Below, piece by piece: positions 47,064 through 57,112 of a stretch of DNA of 64,000 nucleotides. This stretch comes from Candidatus Binatia bacterium (GTDB lineage Bacteria > Desulfobacterota > Binatia > Bin18). The notes beneath the pieces were generated by a model. The model had not been told where the DNA came from. It saw nothing but the letters and a program-made list of their open reading frames with translations, and did not search any database. The translations under genes and the position numbers were made by a program. The DNA is taken from assembly GCA_963664395.2 (NCBI GenBank), contig OY761159.2, forward strand, positions 4,288,001 to 4,352,000. The letters are read 5' to 3'. The stretch's first letter is position 1, and the number at the start of each line of letters is the position of its first letter.

Positions 47064-49442
47064 ATGGCATCGTCCCAAGGTGGAACCGGCAAGATGGTCG
47101 GCGCGCAGGTACGCCGGGTCGAAGACCCCCGCTTCTTGTTGGGCACCTCGCAGTACGTGGATGATCTCGACCTCCCCAACTCGGTCGCGCTGGCCTTTGT
47201 CCGTAGCCCGTATGCGCACGCGCGGATTCTGTCTATTGACGTGAACACGGCGCGGGGTCGGTCCGATGTGCAACTCGTTGTAACGGGGGCAGACATTGCG
47301 GAAGCAATTAAGCCGCTCCGAGTAGTATACGATCCAAACAAAGCGCCTACGCATAAGTCCTGCGATTGGCCCGTCCTGGCCCAGGACAAAGTGCGTTTTG
47401 TTGGCGAGGCGGTGGCCGTTGTGGTCGCCACCGATCGCTATGCGGCAGAAGACGCCGCCAGTGTGATCGATGTGGAGTACGAGCCGCTTGATCCCGTGTG
47501 TGATGTCGAACAGGCACTCGCCGCGGACGCCCCCCTCGTGCATGAGGAGTGGGGCGATAACGTCATGCAAACCCTCCGGGTCGAGATTGGTGAAGTGGCG
47601 AAAGCTTTCCACGTTGCCGATTGCGTTGTTTCAGAACGTCTGACAACCGGCCGGCATATGGCGCTGCCCATGGAGACGCGAGGGTGTGTGGCGTCTTTTG
47701 AGCGAGGGACAGACACCCTCACCGTGTGGTCGTCCACGCAGGTGCCGCATATGCTCCGCTCGCATCTTGCCCTGGTGCTGGATTTCCCTGAACATCATAT
47801 TCGTGTCATTGCCCCGGACGTTGGCGGCGGGTTTGGACAAAAGGGCCATCTCTTTCCCGAGGAGGCCGTCGCTGCCTATCTGGCCCGTCGTCTTGGCCGA
47901 TCGGTCAAATGGATCGAGGATCGACGCGAAAATCTGTCAGCCTCCCTTCACGCCAAACAGCAAACCGTGCAGGCCGAACTCGCCGTCCGACAGGACGGCA
48001 CCATCCTCGGCATCAGAGGGCGGTTTGTTAGCGACGTGGGCGCGTATTCCGAATACCCGTGGGGGTCTGCATTCGAAGCCGGACACGCGGCTTCAAGCCT
48101 GCCCGGACCGTATAAGACGCCGGCCTTCGGCTTCGAGGCTGTGTCTGTTGCTACCAACAAAACTACTATTGGGGTGTATCGTGGGGTGGGCCTGCCTATT
48201 GGAGTGCTGACTATGGAGCGACTCCTGGACCTGGCGGCCCACAAACTGGGACTCGACCCGGCAGAGATTCGTCTCCGCAATATGATCCGCAAAGAGGAAC
48301 ATCCGTATACCACCATTATCGGCGCGGAAGTCGAGAGCGGAAGTCATCGCGAATCACTCCAAAAAGCGCTGGACATGCTGGGCTATCAGGCGTGCAGAGC
48401 CGAGCAGCAGCAGGCCCGAGCGCAGGGCCGTTACCTTGGTATCGGTATTGGCTGCTATGTGGAAGGTACGGCGCCGAGCTCGGCGGCTTTTGCCTCGATG
48501 GGTCTTGATCTCGGTGGATATGAATCAGCAACGGTGCGTATGGACGTGGCCGGCACGGTGACTGTTCTGGTCGGGACGCACTCCCACGGTCAGAGTCACG
48601 AAACAACCCTGGCCCAGGTTGCGGCCGACGAACTTGGCCTGCCGCTCGCCGATATCAGAATCATCGAGGGTGACACGAACGCCGTTCCCTACGGCATGGG
48701 CACCTGGGGCAGTCGGAGTGCCGTCACCGGCGGGGGGGCGATCTCCAAGGCGTCCGAAAAGCTGCGCAGCAAGATGTTGCGTATCGCCTCGCGTATGACC
48801 GAGGTGCCGGACGATGATCTGGAACTGGCTGCAGGGATGATCCGACGGAAAGCGGATGCCACCCCGCTGCTGCCTATCAAAGAGCTGGCCTATCGGGTGC
48901 TGGTGCAGGCCGGCAGTCTCCCGCCGGATGAAGAGCCCGGTCTGGATGCCACGGCCCACTATGAACCCCCGCCGTCCACCCATGCCAACGCGACCCATAT
49001 CGCTCTGGTCGAAGTGGACCGTGACACCGGCAAGGTGGCTATACTGCGCTATATCGTGGTTGAAGACTGTGGCACGATTATTAACCCCACGGTGGTAGAT
49101 GGTCAGATTCAAGGTGGCGTTGCTCAGGGAATCGGCACAGCACTGTATGAACACGCCATCTACGATGAGAACGGCCAATTCCTGACGGGTACGTTGATGG
49201 ATTATATTATTCCAACCGCAGTTGATGTGCCGCAAGTGGAAATCGGTCACATTGAAAGCCCATCTCCGTATACACCGCATGGCATCAAAGGCATGGGTGA
49301 GGGGGGCGCGATTGCCCCGCCGGCGGCGATTGCCAACGCGGTTGCCGACGCCCTGGCTCCGTTCGATGTGCGGGTCAATGCCATTCCACTCACTCCGGAA
49401 CGGGTCCTGGGCTGGATTGAGCAGTACTCAGCCGCAGCCTGA
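47064..49442 (+). CDS. Molybdopterin-binding large subunit, XDH/CoxL-like (copy 1)
   Basis: RRVEDPR, DVGGGFG, GVYRGVG, SHGQSHETT, QIQGGVAQG and KGMGEGG motifs. Confidence 0.92.
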   Translation: MASSQGGTGKMVGAQVRRVEDPRFLLGTSQYVDDLDLPNSVALAFVRSPYAHARILSIDVNTARGRSDVQLVVTGADIAEAIKPLRVVYDPNKAPTHKSCDWPVLAQDKVRFVGEAVAVVVATDRYAAEDAASVIDVEYEPLDPVCDVEQALAADAPLVHEEWGDNVMQTLRVEIGEVAKAFHVADCVVSERLTTGRHMALPMETRGCVASFERGTDTLTVWSSTQVPHMLRSHLALVLDFPEHHIRVIAPDVGGGFGQKGHLFPEEAVAAYLARRLGRSVKWIEDRRENLSASLHAKQQTVQAELAVRQDGTILGIRGRFVSDVGAYSEYPWGSAFEAGHAASSLPGPYKTPAFGFEAVSVATNKTTIGVYRGVGLPIGVLTMERLLDLAAHKLGLDPAEIRLRNMIRKEEHPYTTIIGAEVESGSHRESLQKALDMLGYQACRAEQQQARAQGRYLGIGIGCYVEGTAPSSAAFASMGLDLGGYESATVRMDVAGTVTVLVGTHSHGQSHETTLAQVAADELGLPLADIRIIEGDTNAVPYGMGTWGSRSAVTGGGAISKASEKLRSKMLRIASRMTEVPDDDLELAAGMIRRKADATPLLPIKELAYRVLVQAGSLPPDEEPGLDATAHYEPPPSTHANATHIALVEVDRDTGKVAILRYIVVEDCGTIINPTVVDGQIQGGVAQGIGTALYEHAIYDENGQFLTGTLMDYIIPTAVDVPQVEIGHIESPSPYTPHGIKGMGEGGAIAPPAAIANAVADALAPFDVRVNAIPLTPERVLGWIEQYSAAA

Positions 49443-49500
49443 TTGGGCTTCCAGCCCGCAAAAGAAGGCTGCTCTTAACCCTGACCTTGGAGGGTCGTGC

Positions 49501-51891
49501 ATGCGTCGTGAGGGAACCGGAAAAATGCTGGGCGCACAAGTTCGGCGGGTTGAAGACCCACGCGTGTTGCTGGGGAAAACCCAGTACGTTGATGACTTGG
49601 TGTTGCCCGACATGCTGGCCGTAGCCTTTGTGCGGAGCCCGTATGCCCACGCACAGATTGCGCATATTGACGCGCAGGCAGCGTTGGCCGAGCCTGAGGT
49701 GCAGTGTGTCCTGACCGGACACGATATTCTGAACACGATCAAGCCGCTCCGGGTTGAGTTTGATACGGAAAAAGTCCCTTTTCACAAATCGTGCAATTGG
49801 CATGTCTTGACGCCTGACAAGGTCCGCTTTGTCGGCGATATGGTCGCCGCTGTTGTTGCGACAGATCGCTACGCCGCCGAAGATGCCGCGGCTCTCGTCG
49901 AAGTCGAATACGAGCCGCTTGAGCCGGTATCTGATATGGAACAGGCGCTGCAACCCGACGCTCCGCTGGTGCATGAAGAGTGGGGTGACAATGTCATGGA
50001 GCGGCTCGAAGCCCAGTTTGGGGACGTGGGGAAAGCCTTTCACGAGGCAGACTGTGTAGTGTCGGAACGTTTTGTGACGGGCCGCCACATGGCCTCGCCC
50101 ATGGAGACACGCGGTTGTGTGGCTCAGTATGATGTGGCGACCGACGCCCTCACCGTCTGGTCGTCAACCCAAGTGCCGCATACCCTGCGCGCCAGTCTGG
50201 CGACATTGTTAGGTCTGCCCGAGCATCGCCTGCGTGTCATCTCCCCGGACGTGGGGGGTGGTTTTGGCCTCAAGGCGCATCCTTTTTCCGAAGAGGTCCT
50301 GGTGACCTATCTGGCCAGAGCCCTGCGCAAGCCGGTCAAATGGATCGAAGACCGACGGGAGAATTTATCGGCGTCCCTCCAAGCCAAGCATCAGATTGTC
50401 ACTGCTGAACTGGCCCTCAAGAGCGATGGGCGTATCCTCGGTCTCAAAGCGCGCTTCTTGAGTGACGCCGGCGGATATTCGTCCTATCCCTGGAGTTCGG
50501 CCTTTGAGCCTAAACATGCCGCCGGGACGATATCCGGCCCGTATAAGATTCCGGCCTTTGGGTTTGAAACCTGTACGGTCGCCACAAACAAAGCGTCCAT
50601 TGGTGTGTATCGGGGCGTGGGTATCACGATTGCGGCCTTGGCGATGGAGCGCCTCATGGATATGGGCGCGCAAAAGCTCGGTCTTGACCCCGTAGACATT
50701 CGGCTGCGCAATATGATCTCGCAAGAAGAGCATCCGTATACGACGCTTATGGGTGCGGAGATTGAGAGCGGCAGCCACCAGGCCGCATTACAACAGGCGC
50801 TGGATATCCTCGGCTATGACGATTTTCGGACCGAACAGCAGAAAGCCCGCCAGAACGGCCGTTATCTTGGGGTGGGGATCGGCTCGTATGTGGAAGGCAC
50901 GGCGCATAACTCGGCTGTGTTTGATTCCTTTGGCGTCAAGATCGGTGGTTATGAGTCGGCGACCATGCGTATTGATGAGTCGGGCAAGGTGACGGTCTTT
51001 GTTGGTACGCACTCGCACGGCCAGGGCCACCACACCGTGTATGCGCAACTGATCGCGGACACGCTTGGGGTCGGGCTCGGGGATGTCAGTGTTGTCCAAG
51101 GCGATACTCAAGTCACGCCACGCGGGTGGGGAACGTGGGCCAGTCGGAGTGCGGTGACGGGCGGGGGTGCCGTTACGTCTGCTTCGCGAAAGCTGCGCGA
51201 TAAGCTGCTGCGGATTGCGGCGCGCCTGACTGAAGTCCCAGCAGACGACCTTGAGCTTGCTCAAGGCATGGTCCAACGCAAAACCGGCGCCGTACAACTC
51301 CTGTCCATCCCCGAACTGGCGTATCGGATTATCGCTCAGCCCAGCAGCCTTCCACCTGACGAAGAACCTGGGCTTGATGTCACCGTGACGTACGAACCGC
51401 CACCCATCACCCACTCAAACGCAACCCACGTATCTACGCTTGAGGTTGATATCGAAACCGGTCAGGTTCAACTCCTACGCTATATCGTGGTCGAAGACTG
51501 CGGCACGATTATCAATCCCATGATTGTTGATGGTCAGATCCAGGGTGGGGTGGCCCAGGGAATCGGGTCGGCGCTGTACGAACACGCCATCTATGATGAG
51601 AACGGCCAATTCCTGACCGGAACATTCATGGACTATCTGATTCCGACTGCCGCGGATGTGCCGCAAGTGGAAATCGGTCATATTGAGACGCCGTCTCCCT
51701 ATACCTTGCATGGGATCAAGGGCATGGGTGAGGGCGGCGCGATTGCCCCGCCGGCGGCGATTGCGAATGCGGTTGCCGATGCGCTGTCGCCCTTTGGTGT
51801 TCGGGTGAATGAAGTGCCGCTGACCCCGGAGCGGGTACTCAGCATGTTGGACCGGGCTCAGACAAATCAGGAGAAAGGAAGTAGGTTATAG
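49501..51891 (+). CDS. Molybdopterin-binding large subunit, XDH/CoxL-like (copy 2)
   Basis: Same motif set as copy 1; GGAGG RBS before ATG 49501. Confidence 0.92.
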   Translation: MRREGTGKMLGAQVRRVEDPRVLLGKTQYVDDLVLPDMLAVAFVRSPYAHAQIAHIDAQAALAEPEVQCVLTGHDILNTIKPLRVEFDTEKVPFHKSCNWHVLTPDKVRFVGDMVAAVVATDRYAAEDAAALVEVEYEPLEPVSDMEQALQPDAPLVHEEWGDNVMERLEAQFGDVGKAFHEADCVVSERFVTGRHMASPMETRGCVAQYDVATDALTVWSSTQVPHTLRASLATLLGLPEHRLRVISPDVGGGFGLKAHPFSEEVLVTYLARALRKPVKWIEDRRENLSASLQAKHQIVTAELALKSDGRILGLKARFLSDAGGYSSYPWSSAFEPKHAAGTISGPYKIPAFGFETCTVATNKASIGVYRGVGITIAALAMERLMDMGAQKLGLDPVDIRLRNMISQEEHPYTTLMGAEIESGSHQAALQQALDILGYDDFRTEQQKARQNGRYLGVGIGSYVEGTAHNSAVFDSFGVKIGGYESATMRIDESGKVTVFVGTHSHGQGHHTVYAQLIADTLGVGLGDVSVVQGDTQVTPRGWGTWASRSAVTGGGAVTSASRKLRDKLLRIAARLTEVPADDLELAQGMVQRKTGAVQLLSIPELAYRIIAQPSSLPPDEEPGLDVTVTYEPPPITHSNATHVSTLEVDIETGQVQLLRYIVVEDCGTIINPMIVDGQIQGGVAQGIGSALYEHAIYDENGQFLTGTFMDYLIPTAADVPQVEIGHIETPSPYTLHGIKGMGEGGAIAPPAAIANAVADALSPFGVRVNEVPLTPERVLSMLDRAQTNQEKGSRL

Positions 51892-51895
51892 TCAG

Positions 51896-52520
51896 ATGAA
51901 ACTTCAAGAGTCGATCCCGCTCTCATCTGTTTACACACGAGAAGAGGATTTCTCGGAAGAACTTGCTGATATGCTTGCCGATAGGCTTGACGTACTCAAA
52001 GTCGGTAGATTTGGAGATGAGGTGAAGACGGAATCCCCGGTTGGTCTGCACAGGGCAGACATTGTCGCTTCCGGTGAGGATGGCACGCTCGTCGTCGAAA
52101 ACCAGTTCGGCGAGGCCAATTGGGATCATTGGGGCAGGCTTGAAGCCTACGCCCGATTGAAGGAAGCTAACGTGGCGGCACTGGTAGCCGAGCGCTTTAA
52201 GGACCTGATGATCGAAACGTGTATGTTGCGCAATGAAGAGAGCGCCATCGACTGGGGCACTCAATCTCAACAGTGCAGACTGTTATGTTCGATTAACATT
52301 CAATGGGGAGGACAGGATGCGACGGAGAGAAGAGATGCTGGCACTCTTCTCAGAGTCAGAGTTCTCTTACGAATGCACAGAATCACCCACAGAGGTCCAC
52401 ATGAAATTCCCCGTTCTTGATAAAGGCAAGAACGACCGGGACGATTGGGACGAAATCCGCGAGAAATTAGTCGACATGGGCACGCGTGTTTACAATCGGA
52501 TCGCGGAACACCATGAGTGA
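51896..52520 (+). pseudogene. DUF4268-type/PD-(D/E)xK-like protein, apparently internally deleted and frameshifted near 52255
   Basis: N-part RADIVA..VVENQFGEANWDHWGRLEAYA; a plausible C-part (..DRDDWDEIREKLVDM) lies in a different frame, 52233-52520. Confidence 0.55.
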
Positions 52521-52854
52521 AAGCAAAACCAAGGGGCTCGTGTCCGATTACCAAGAGACAATCGCCAAGATCGGCAGCCACGGGCCGCGCCCGTACGGCC
52601 TCGGGCTGGCGCACGGCTCGATGTTTACTTTGGTCTATCGTCCACCCGACCCGGACGACCAGGAGCCCCACGACCAAGACGAACTGTATATCCCCATGAA
52701 CGGCAGCGGGACGCTCAGCGTCGATGGTGAACGCCTCCCGTTCAAGACCGGTGATATGCTCTTTGTCCCAGCCCACGCCGAGCACCGCTTTGAAGACTTC
52801 GCTGAGGGTCTGATGCTGTGGGCGATTTTTTATGGGCCAAAAGGCGGGGAGTAG
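52513..52854 (+). CDS. Cupin domain protein
   Basis: QEPHDQDELY, GDMLFVPAHAEHRFEDF and WAIFYGPKGGE motifs. Confidence 0.88.
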   Translation: MSESKTKGLVSDYQETIAKIGSHGPRPYGLGLAHGSMFTLVYRPPDPDDQEPHDQDELYIPMNGSGTLSVDGERLPFKTGDMLFVPAHAEHRFEDFAEGLMLWAIFYGPKGGE

Positions 52855-52856
52855 AG

Positions 52857-52900
52857 AAACCCACCCCGGCGCTATGCGCCACCCCTCCACGGAGGGGATT
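52857..52900. repeat. REP-like bipartite palindrome
   Basis: CCCACCCC-GGCGCTATGCGCC-ACCCCTCCACGGAGGGGA. Confidence 0.55.
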
Positions 52901-52902
52901 TT

Positions 52903-53118
52903 ATGCAATTGCGATCTAAGCCCATGCTTCTCTTGACTCTTTTTCTCTTCTTCTCCGCCTGTAACCTGACCAACTCAATTGAATCCACTCCACCAACCGA
53001 ATGCTCTAAAATCGGCGTACAGTGTCAACTGCCAAACGGTCCGCTCGGCGTGTGCCAATCAGCCCCATGTTCCGAAGGTCAGGCTCCGCCCTGTTTCGTC
53101 TGCACCTCGCAGCACTAA
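52903..53118 (+). CDS. Small Cys-rich lipoprotein
   Basis: Lipobox-like FFSAC followed by 6 further Cys in about 40 aa. Confidence 0.6.
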   Translation: MQLRSKPMLLLTLFLFFSACNLTNSIESTPPTECSKIGVQCQLPNGPLGVCQSAPCSEGQAPPCFVCTSQH

Positions 53119-53191
53119 CCTCTCCTCGCTTGCATTAGCTAGTATTATCCGGTGTGATGAGCGCCGCTACAGCGTGAAGGGGTGAGAAGAG

Positions 53192-54544
53192 ATGAGTCGC
53201 TACGATTATGATTTCTTTGTTTTAGGTGCGGGTTCCGGTGGGGTGCGGGCGAGTCGGATTGCGGCCTCGTATGGGGCGAAGACCGCGGTTGTTGAAGAAC
53301 GCTATCTTGGCGGGACCTGCGTCAATGTCGGCTGTATTCCGAAGAAACTCCTGGTGTATGCCTCAGAGTTTCGTGATCATTTTGAGGATGCCGCCGGCTT
53401 TGGTTGGAGCGTTGGAGAGCGAACGGTTGATTGGGAAAAGCTGATTGAGAATAAAGACAAAGAAATCAACCGGCTGAACGGCATTTATCGTAATTTGCTT
53501 GAAGGTGCGGGTGCGGAAATAATTGAAGGGACAGCTCGTCTGGTTGATGCCCACACCATAGACGTGGGCGGCAAGCAGTACACCTCTGAGTATATTCTGG
53601 TTGCCACCGGAAGCTGGCCGGCATTTCCCCGGATTCCGGGTATTGAGAACGCCATTACCTCGAATGAAGCCTTTTATCTTGACGCGCTGCCCAAACGCGT
53701 AATTATTGTCGGCGGCGGCTATATTGCAGTCGAGTTTGCGACAATCTTTCATGGTCTTGGGTCAGAAGTGACCGAACTCTATCGGGGCGAGCTGTTTCTG
53801 CGCGGATTTGATACCGATGTCAGACAAGTTCTGGCTGACGAAATGCGCAAACGCGGTGTGGACTTACGCTTTAACTCAGACGTAAGTGGTATTGAAAAAA
53901 CACCGCACGGAATCAAGGCCACGCTGAACGACAAGAGCGAGCTTGAGGCCGATGTCATCATGTACGCCACCGGCCGTTTACCCAACTCAAAGGGGCTCGG
54001 TCTTGAAACAGCCGGCGTTGAGATAGACAAGATTGGCGCGGTGTGTGTGGACGCCTACTCGCGGACGAACATTCCCCATATCTATGCCGTCGGAGATGTT
54101 ACCAATCGGCTCAATCTTACGCCCATGGCGATTGCCGAAGGTCATGCCGTGGCTGAAACATTGTTCAATAACAACTCGACTCGACCGGACCACATGAATG
54201 TGGCAACGGCAGTTTTCAGTCATCCGAACATCGGTACGGTTGGTCTGACGGAAGAGGAGGCGCGTCAAGAATACGGCGCGATAGATATCTACAAGTCCTC
54301 GTTCCGGGCGTTAAAACATACCTTGAGTGGACGGGATGAGAAGACCTTCATGAAGATTATTGTTGAGCCGAAATCAGATCGGGTAATTGGCTGTCATATG
54401 ACCGGCCCGGAGGCGGGAGAGATTATTCAGGGTCTGGCCGTGGCCATAAAATGCAACGCCACCAAAGCACAGTTTGATGCCACTATCGGTATCCATCCGA
54501 CCTCAGCCGAAGAATTTGTCACGATGCGACAAAAGGCGGCCTGA
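53192..54544 (+). CDS. gor: Glutathione-disulfide reductase
   Basis: GAGSGG, GGTCVNVGCIPKK, GGGYIAVE and IGIHPTSAEEFVTM motifs. Confidence 0.95.
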   Translation: MSRYDYDFFVLGAGSGGVRASRIAASYGAKTAVVEERYLGGTCVNVGCIPKKLLVYASEFRDHFEDAAGFGWSVGERTVDWEKLIENKDKEINRLNGIYRNLLEGAGAEIIEGTARLVDAHTIDVGGKQYTSEYILVATGSWPAFPRIPGIENAITSNEAFYLDALPKRVIIVGGGYIAVEFATIFHGLGSEVTELYRGELFLRGFDTDVRQVLADEMRKRGVDLRFNSDVSGIEKTPHGIKATLNDKSELEADVIMYATGRLPNSKGLGLETAGVEIDKIGAVCVDAYSRTNIPHIYAVGDVTNRLNLTPMAIAEGHAVAETLFNNNSTRPDHMNVATAVFSHPNIGTVGLTEEEARQEYGAIDIYKSSFRALKHTLSGRDEKTFMKIIVEPKSDRVIGCHMTGPEAGEIIQGLAVAIKCNATKAQFDATIGIHPTSAEEFVTMRQKAA

Positions 54545-54615
54545 ACCGAGAACCTCCGACCCCGGACCTCTTTCCATGAGAGGGCAGGTGAGCGGATCGG
54601 AATGGGGTGGGGTGC

Positions 54616-55308
54616 TCAGGGCCAAATAATGCGGATTTCCTCGACCAACAGACCAACTGAATTCTTGAGGTCAATGAAGTTCGGCACATCACCCTGAATC
54701 TGCTCGATTTGCATCTCGTCCGACTGCCAGCCTTTTTCAAACGCGGCCATGTCAGCCCAAGAAAGCTCAGCCACACCGTCGAAAGCGGGCGTCGCGGTGT
54801 CGTAGGTCTCGGGAGCGACGTGGCATTGGACGTAGCGCCTGAGCCCCGGCGTTCTGGGTACGATGGGGGCGTGGACGGTGCGCCAGTGCTCTTGAAACTC
54901 GGCAATGCTGAGCCCTGGTTTTCGTTTGAGCAGAAAGAGAGCCTTGACGCCCGGCGCGTCTTTGGCCAACTCGGGCCCCGGGACGACAATATTTTCCCGC
55001 GTCATCAAAAACGACGGACCCTCGTCAGCAATGAAATTCGGCTCATCCGCGTAGGCCCCATTAATATAATCGGGGTTGTCTCCAAGTCCCCGGCCTGTTT
55101 CCAGGTCTTCAAACCAGATCTCGGCCAGACCTTCGTATGGACTGGTCGGGACTCCGGGGATGTCGTCTGGCATGCGATGGCTCTGCACGTAGCGTCTCAG
55201 GGCTTTGATGCGGAGCGCCAGGGGAGCGTGAATATCGCGCCAGTGGCGATGAAACTGCTCGGGACTGATGTCCGGCTTCTTTGGTATCAGCGCAAATCCT
55301 TTGATCAT
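54616..55308 (-). CDS. EthD family protein (two domains)
   Basis: Duplicated KP.(I/L)S..F..HWR..HAP...LRRYVQ.H and (Y/F)(E/D)G.AE motifs. Confidence 0.85.
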   Translation of the reverse strand: MIKGFALIPKKPDISPEQFHRHWRDIHAPLALRIKALRRYVQSHRMPDDIPGVPTSPYEGLAEIWFEDLETGRGLGDNPDYINGAYADEPNFIADEGPSFLMTRENIVVPGPELAKDAPGVKALFLLKRKPGLSIAEFQEHWRTVHAPIVPRTPGLRRYVQCHVAPETYDTATPAFDGVAELSWADMAAFEKGWQSDEMQIEQIQGDVPNFIDLKNSVGLLVEEIRIIWP

Positions 55309-55325
55309 TGGAATACTCCTGTAAG

Positions 55326-55715
55326 TTAATCTCCGGCTTTATACAGCGTTGGTTTCGGGGCTGCTCCCGAAGGCAGATCGTGCACGGGGACAAAGCGTGA
55401 GGCCTCGATAGCCTGAAATCCGCTCGGATTGCCTTTGTATTTCTCTACGGCAAACGCCACTTCTGTCATGCTGAGGGTCAGGTTGAAGAGGTTTTGCTCT
55501 TTGGTTGGCATCGTATCCAAAGAGAATTGGTCCAGATAATCCAGGGCTGCTTCAAGGCGGGGCCGAACCGTGGCGTAAAATGCGCGTAGCGTTTCGGGTG
55601 TACTGGTGCGCCGTTTTCTGGTGCGTTCTCGTTCGGTCGCCAAGCACCAGCCGGCTTGGGCCAGCGGTTCCAGGTCGGCAAATTCTTGTGGTAAGAGTGG
55701 TTCGGCCATTGTCAA
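55326..55715 (-). CDS. Conserved hypothetical protein coupled to the Rieske oxygenase
   Basis: LLPQEFADLEP..WCLATERER..KR..LRAFY..ALDYLDQF; overlaps the oxygenase stop. Confidence 0.7.
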   Translation of the reverse strand: MTMAEPLLPQEFADLEPLAQAGWCLATERERTRKRRTSTPETLRAFYATVRPRLEAALDYLDQFSLDTMPTKEQNLFNLTLSMTEVAFAVEKYKGNPSGFQAIEASRFVPVHDLPSGAAPKPTLYKAGD

Positions 55716-57034
55716 TTCTCATCGGGTCCTAATCGAAGCAGGGAGTCGCGGACGCCATCGCGTCTGGCGCGAATCTCCTGCTCGACTGCCCAGTAGGAGT
55801 GCCGGACAAAGAGTTCTTCGTCTTGTAGGTAGATATGCTCAATCGCCCCGGTCTCCAGGGCATCCTGGGTCTGTTCATGTGTGGCGCCGTCTTCGAGCAG
55901 GGCGTCCCGCAGGAGAATTTTATTGTATTCCTGCCCGAAGCGCTCGCTGGGGGTCGCGGCGCTCGGCATATGAATCTTGAGTTCCCACAGGGATTCGTTT
56001 TCCGAGACGGGCCAAAACTGATGCGTATGCCATACGCCGGGCAGAATAAGGATATTGAGATTCGGAAAAATGTGGACAATATCAAAGCCCCAGTCGTCCG
56101 CGTTGGTGACATTGATACCCTGACCGGTGGGCAGAACGAAATCGTTGTCTCTGGAGGTGATGGCGGCCGATTTGCCGAGTGCCAGACCCTCAACATCTTT
56201 GGGCTGAAAATACTTATTGCCCGGCCAATTGCCGACGCGGTGGCGGTCGTACAGGTCCAGTTCATAGGCATGACCGTAGGGGTTATCCGGGCGGGTAAAG
56301 ATATCCGGCCAGGAATGACTGTGCAGATAGCGCACGTGATAGATTTCAGACTGTGCGTCCTGCATCAGTTTCCAATTCGCACGTTGATAGGACTGATAAT
56401 GAAATTGGAGCGGGACGCGTTGAAACGGAAAGTCCTGCATGCGTTGGCCGGCTTCTCCCAGGTACTCCTCTAATGTTTCGGTTGGATGTGGGTCGAGATT
56501 GACGAAGATAAAGCCTTCCCACACGGCGGTATGCACTGGAATGAGGTTGGCTTGGCCCTCAAGATTCTCGTAAAAGCGTTCGCCGTCGGGCACGTTTGTG
56601 AGGGTGCCTGTGGCGTCATAGACCCAGCCATGAAACGTGCAGCTCAAATAGCACGAGCTTGAGCCTTTATGGTCCCAGACCAATTTGTTGCCCCGATGGC
56701 GGCAGACGTTGTAGAAACCCCGAATAATATTGTCTTTGCCCCGAATGAGGACAATGGAGGCCTTGGCAATAGCGATCTCATGCACGAAATAGTCGCCCGG
56801 GTTGGGAATGGCATCCACCGTTCCGACGTGCAGCCAACACTTTTTGTAAATATATTCGCGTTCAGCCTCAAACCACTGCTTGGAGACCAGAGGTTCGATG
56901 GAGACCGGCCCGGTGCCGAGTTTTGGATATTTCTCGTGCCAGCGGTGCACGCCGGCATCGAAGTCTTTCTTCAACGAGATATTGATACTCTCAGCCGGCT
57001 GGATAGGAAGTGCAGCATCCATGCGCGTACTCAT
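55712..57034 (-). CDS. Rieske aromatic ring-hydroxylating oxygenase alpha subunit
   Basis: NVCRHRG..CTFHGW Rieske site; EIYHVRYLH and ED mononuclear iron ligands. Confidence 0.92.
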   Translation of the reverse strand: MSTRMDAALPIQPAESINISLKKDFDAGVHRWHEKYPKLGTGPVSIEPLVSKQWFEAEREYIYKKCWLHVGTVDAIPNPGDYFVHEIAIAKASIVLIRGKDNIIRGFYNVCRHRGNKLVWDHKGSSSCYLSCTFHGWVYDATGTLTNVPDGERFYENLEGQANLIPVHTAVWEGFIFVNLDPHPTETLEEYLGEAGQRMQDFPFQRVPLQFHYQSYQRANWKLMQDAQSEIYHVRYLHSHSWPDIFTRPDNPYGHAYELDLYDRHRVGNWPGNKYFQPKDVEGLALGKSAAITSRDNDFVLPTGQGINVTNADDWGFDIVHIFPNLNILILPGVWHTHQFWPVSENESLWELKIHMPSAATPSERFGQEYNKILLRDALLEDGATHEQTQDALETGAIEHIYLQDEELFVRHSYWAVEQEIRARRDGVRDSLLRLGPDEN

Positions 57035-57112
57035 TCGACTCTCCTCATTTGCTGGGAACACGGCTTGAAAGATTAGCAGGTACCAAGACGGAATCAATCA
57101 GCAGGCGCGCAT

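Noticed and set aside
47064-51891. Aerobic CO dehydrogenase (form I coxL)
   Set aside because: The active-site loop is VYRGVG, not AYxCSFR, and no coxDEFG accessory genes are adjacent.
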